DNA from: Minisyncoccota bacterium
GTDB lineage: Bacteria; Patescibacteriota; Minisyncoccia; Moranbacterales; GCA-2747515
Assembly: GCA_020629675.1 (NCBI GenBank)
Contig: JAHDCW010000001.1
Span: forward strand, 1 to 49,885
Length of the DNA: 49,885 nucleotides
Direction of reading: 5' to 3'
A program made the translations under genes and the position numbers. Shown one piece after another: positions 48,806 through 49,885 of the stretch (its first letter is position 1; every line of letters begins with the position of its first letter). The notes under the pieces were generated by a model. It had not been told where the DNA came from and ran no database searches. It saw only the letters and a list, made by a program, of their open reading frames with translations.

Positions 48806-49822
48806 TTAAGCAGAGATTGTCGTGCGTACTGATGCGACCATATCGACGAGTCGATTAGCATAGCCCCATTCGTTGTCATACCATGCGAGCACTTTGACGA
48901 GATTACCACCTACTACTTTGGTAAATGGGAGATCTACTACACTCGAAAAAGCTGATCCGATAAAGTCTGATGATACCAGCGGCTCATCACTCACACCGAG
49001 GATGCCTTTGTATGTCGTAGCTGCTGCCTCACGAAGTGCATCATTAACCTGTTCAACCGTGACATCTTGCTTGAGGACAAAAACTGTATCTGTGAGAGAT
49101 ACATTAATTGTCGGGACGCGTACCGCCATTCCATCAAATTTTCCCTTGAGGTCAGGAATTACCTTGGTCGTCGCAATTGCTGCACCGGTCGTCGTCGGGA
49201 TCATATTTTGTGCAGCTGCGCGCCCTTTGCGAAGATCTTTAGCAGGACCATCTTGGAGATTTTGAGTTGAGGTGTAGGAGTGAATCGTAGTCAGCATCGC
49301 TTTTTCTACACCAAATACTTCATGCATGGTTTGCACTACAGGCGCTGCGCAATTGGTGGTACATGAGCCATTTGATACCACGTGATGCGACTCAGGCGTC
49401 GGCTCACTCACACCGACCACATGGGTCGAGATGTTTTCATCATCACCCTTGGCTGGTGCACTGATGATTACACGTTTTGCCCCAGCATCTACGTGCGCGT
49501 ATGCTGCGCCATCTTTTACAAACCTCCCCGTGCATTCGAGAACCACATCAATATCATGTTCTTGCCACGGCAGCTCGAGCGGCTTTGGCTCCGCGAATAC
49601 TGGTATTTTCTCTCCGCCTACCACCAACGCATGATCCATCACTTGAATGTCCTTGTCGTACGTCCTAAAAACACTATCATACTTAAGCATATGGCCGAGC
49701 GTCTTGGTGTCTGCAAGGTCATTAATGGCAACCACCTGCATATCATCTCGAGCGGAGATGATCCTAAAGGCAGCTCGTCCAATTCGTCCAAATCCATTGA
49801 TTGCGACACGTGTTTTGACCAT
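48806..49822 (-). CDS. gap: Type I glyceraldehyde-3-phosphate dehydrogenase
   Basis: VAINGFGRIGR, SNGSCTTNCAAP (catalytic Cys) and WYDNEWGYANR. I prefer ATG 49822 (MVKTRVAINGFGRIGR). Confidence 0.93.
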   Translation of the reverse strand: MVKTRVAINGFGRIGRAAFRIISARDDMQVVAINDLADTKTLGHMLKYDSVFRTYDKDIQVMDHALVVGGEKIPVFAEPKPLELPWQEHDIDVVLECTGRFVKDGAAYAHVDAGAKRVIISAPAKGDDENISTHVVGVSEPTPESHHVVSNGSCTTNCAAPVVQTMHEVFGVEKAMLTTIHSYTSTQNLQDGPAKDLRKGRAAAQNMIPTTTGAAIATTKVIPDLKGKFDGMAVRVPTINVSLTDTVFVLKQDVTVEQVNDALREAAATTYKGILGVSDEPLVSSDFIGSAFSSVVDLPFTKVVGGNLVKVLAWYDNEWGYANRLVDMVASVRTTISA

Positions 49823-49885
49823 AGTTTTTTGTTTTAGAAATTTAGTCGAGATTATTGATTTTTTTATAGATCGCATAAAGCTCCA

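Overview
This 49,885-nt window is almost entirely coding and co-directional. 33 of the 34 protein genes I call are on the minus strand, and many are separated by under 60 nt or overlap by 4 nt (ATGA). The standard genetic code works throughout. Housekeeping genes (pgeF, tgt, recO, ileS, argS, rplY/ctc, rmuC, gap, a NUDIX hydrolase, a SpoT-type HD hydrolase) are interleaved with many secreted or surface repeat proteins. These are a partial ORF of over 1023 aa at the left edge that the ORF track misses, plus proteins of 611, 1259, 696, 2746 and 802 aa. The window also holds a sortase, envelope glycosyltransferases (GT4, WecA/MraY-like, processive GT2) and an orphan two-gene VirD4/TraD-like ATPase module. 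I found no rRNA, tRNA, CRISPR array, transposase, integrase or phage genes. Gene content and style suggest a small-genome Patescibacteria/CPR-type organism; that is my inference, not a database result. The main non-obvious signals are: (1) a compact Ile-specific T-box riboswitch with a truncated Stem I upstream of an unknown-gene/HD-hydrolase/ileS operon; (2) a soluble T4SS-coupling-protein-like ATPase with an exact CxxC-x17-CxxC zinc ribbon, paired with an unknown membrane protein and no other T4SS genes; (3) a sortase carrying Ca-binding TSP3-like repeats next to an SPKTG-anchored substrate that contains a perfect 391-nt tandem duplication; (4) a 2746-aa adhesin with eight strictly in-phase 324-nt units alternating between two subtypes; (5) recurrent TATAAT-N6-ATG (leaderless) gene starts and paralogous terminator-promoter junctions. 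Every functional call comes from motif recognition by eye; no searches were run.
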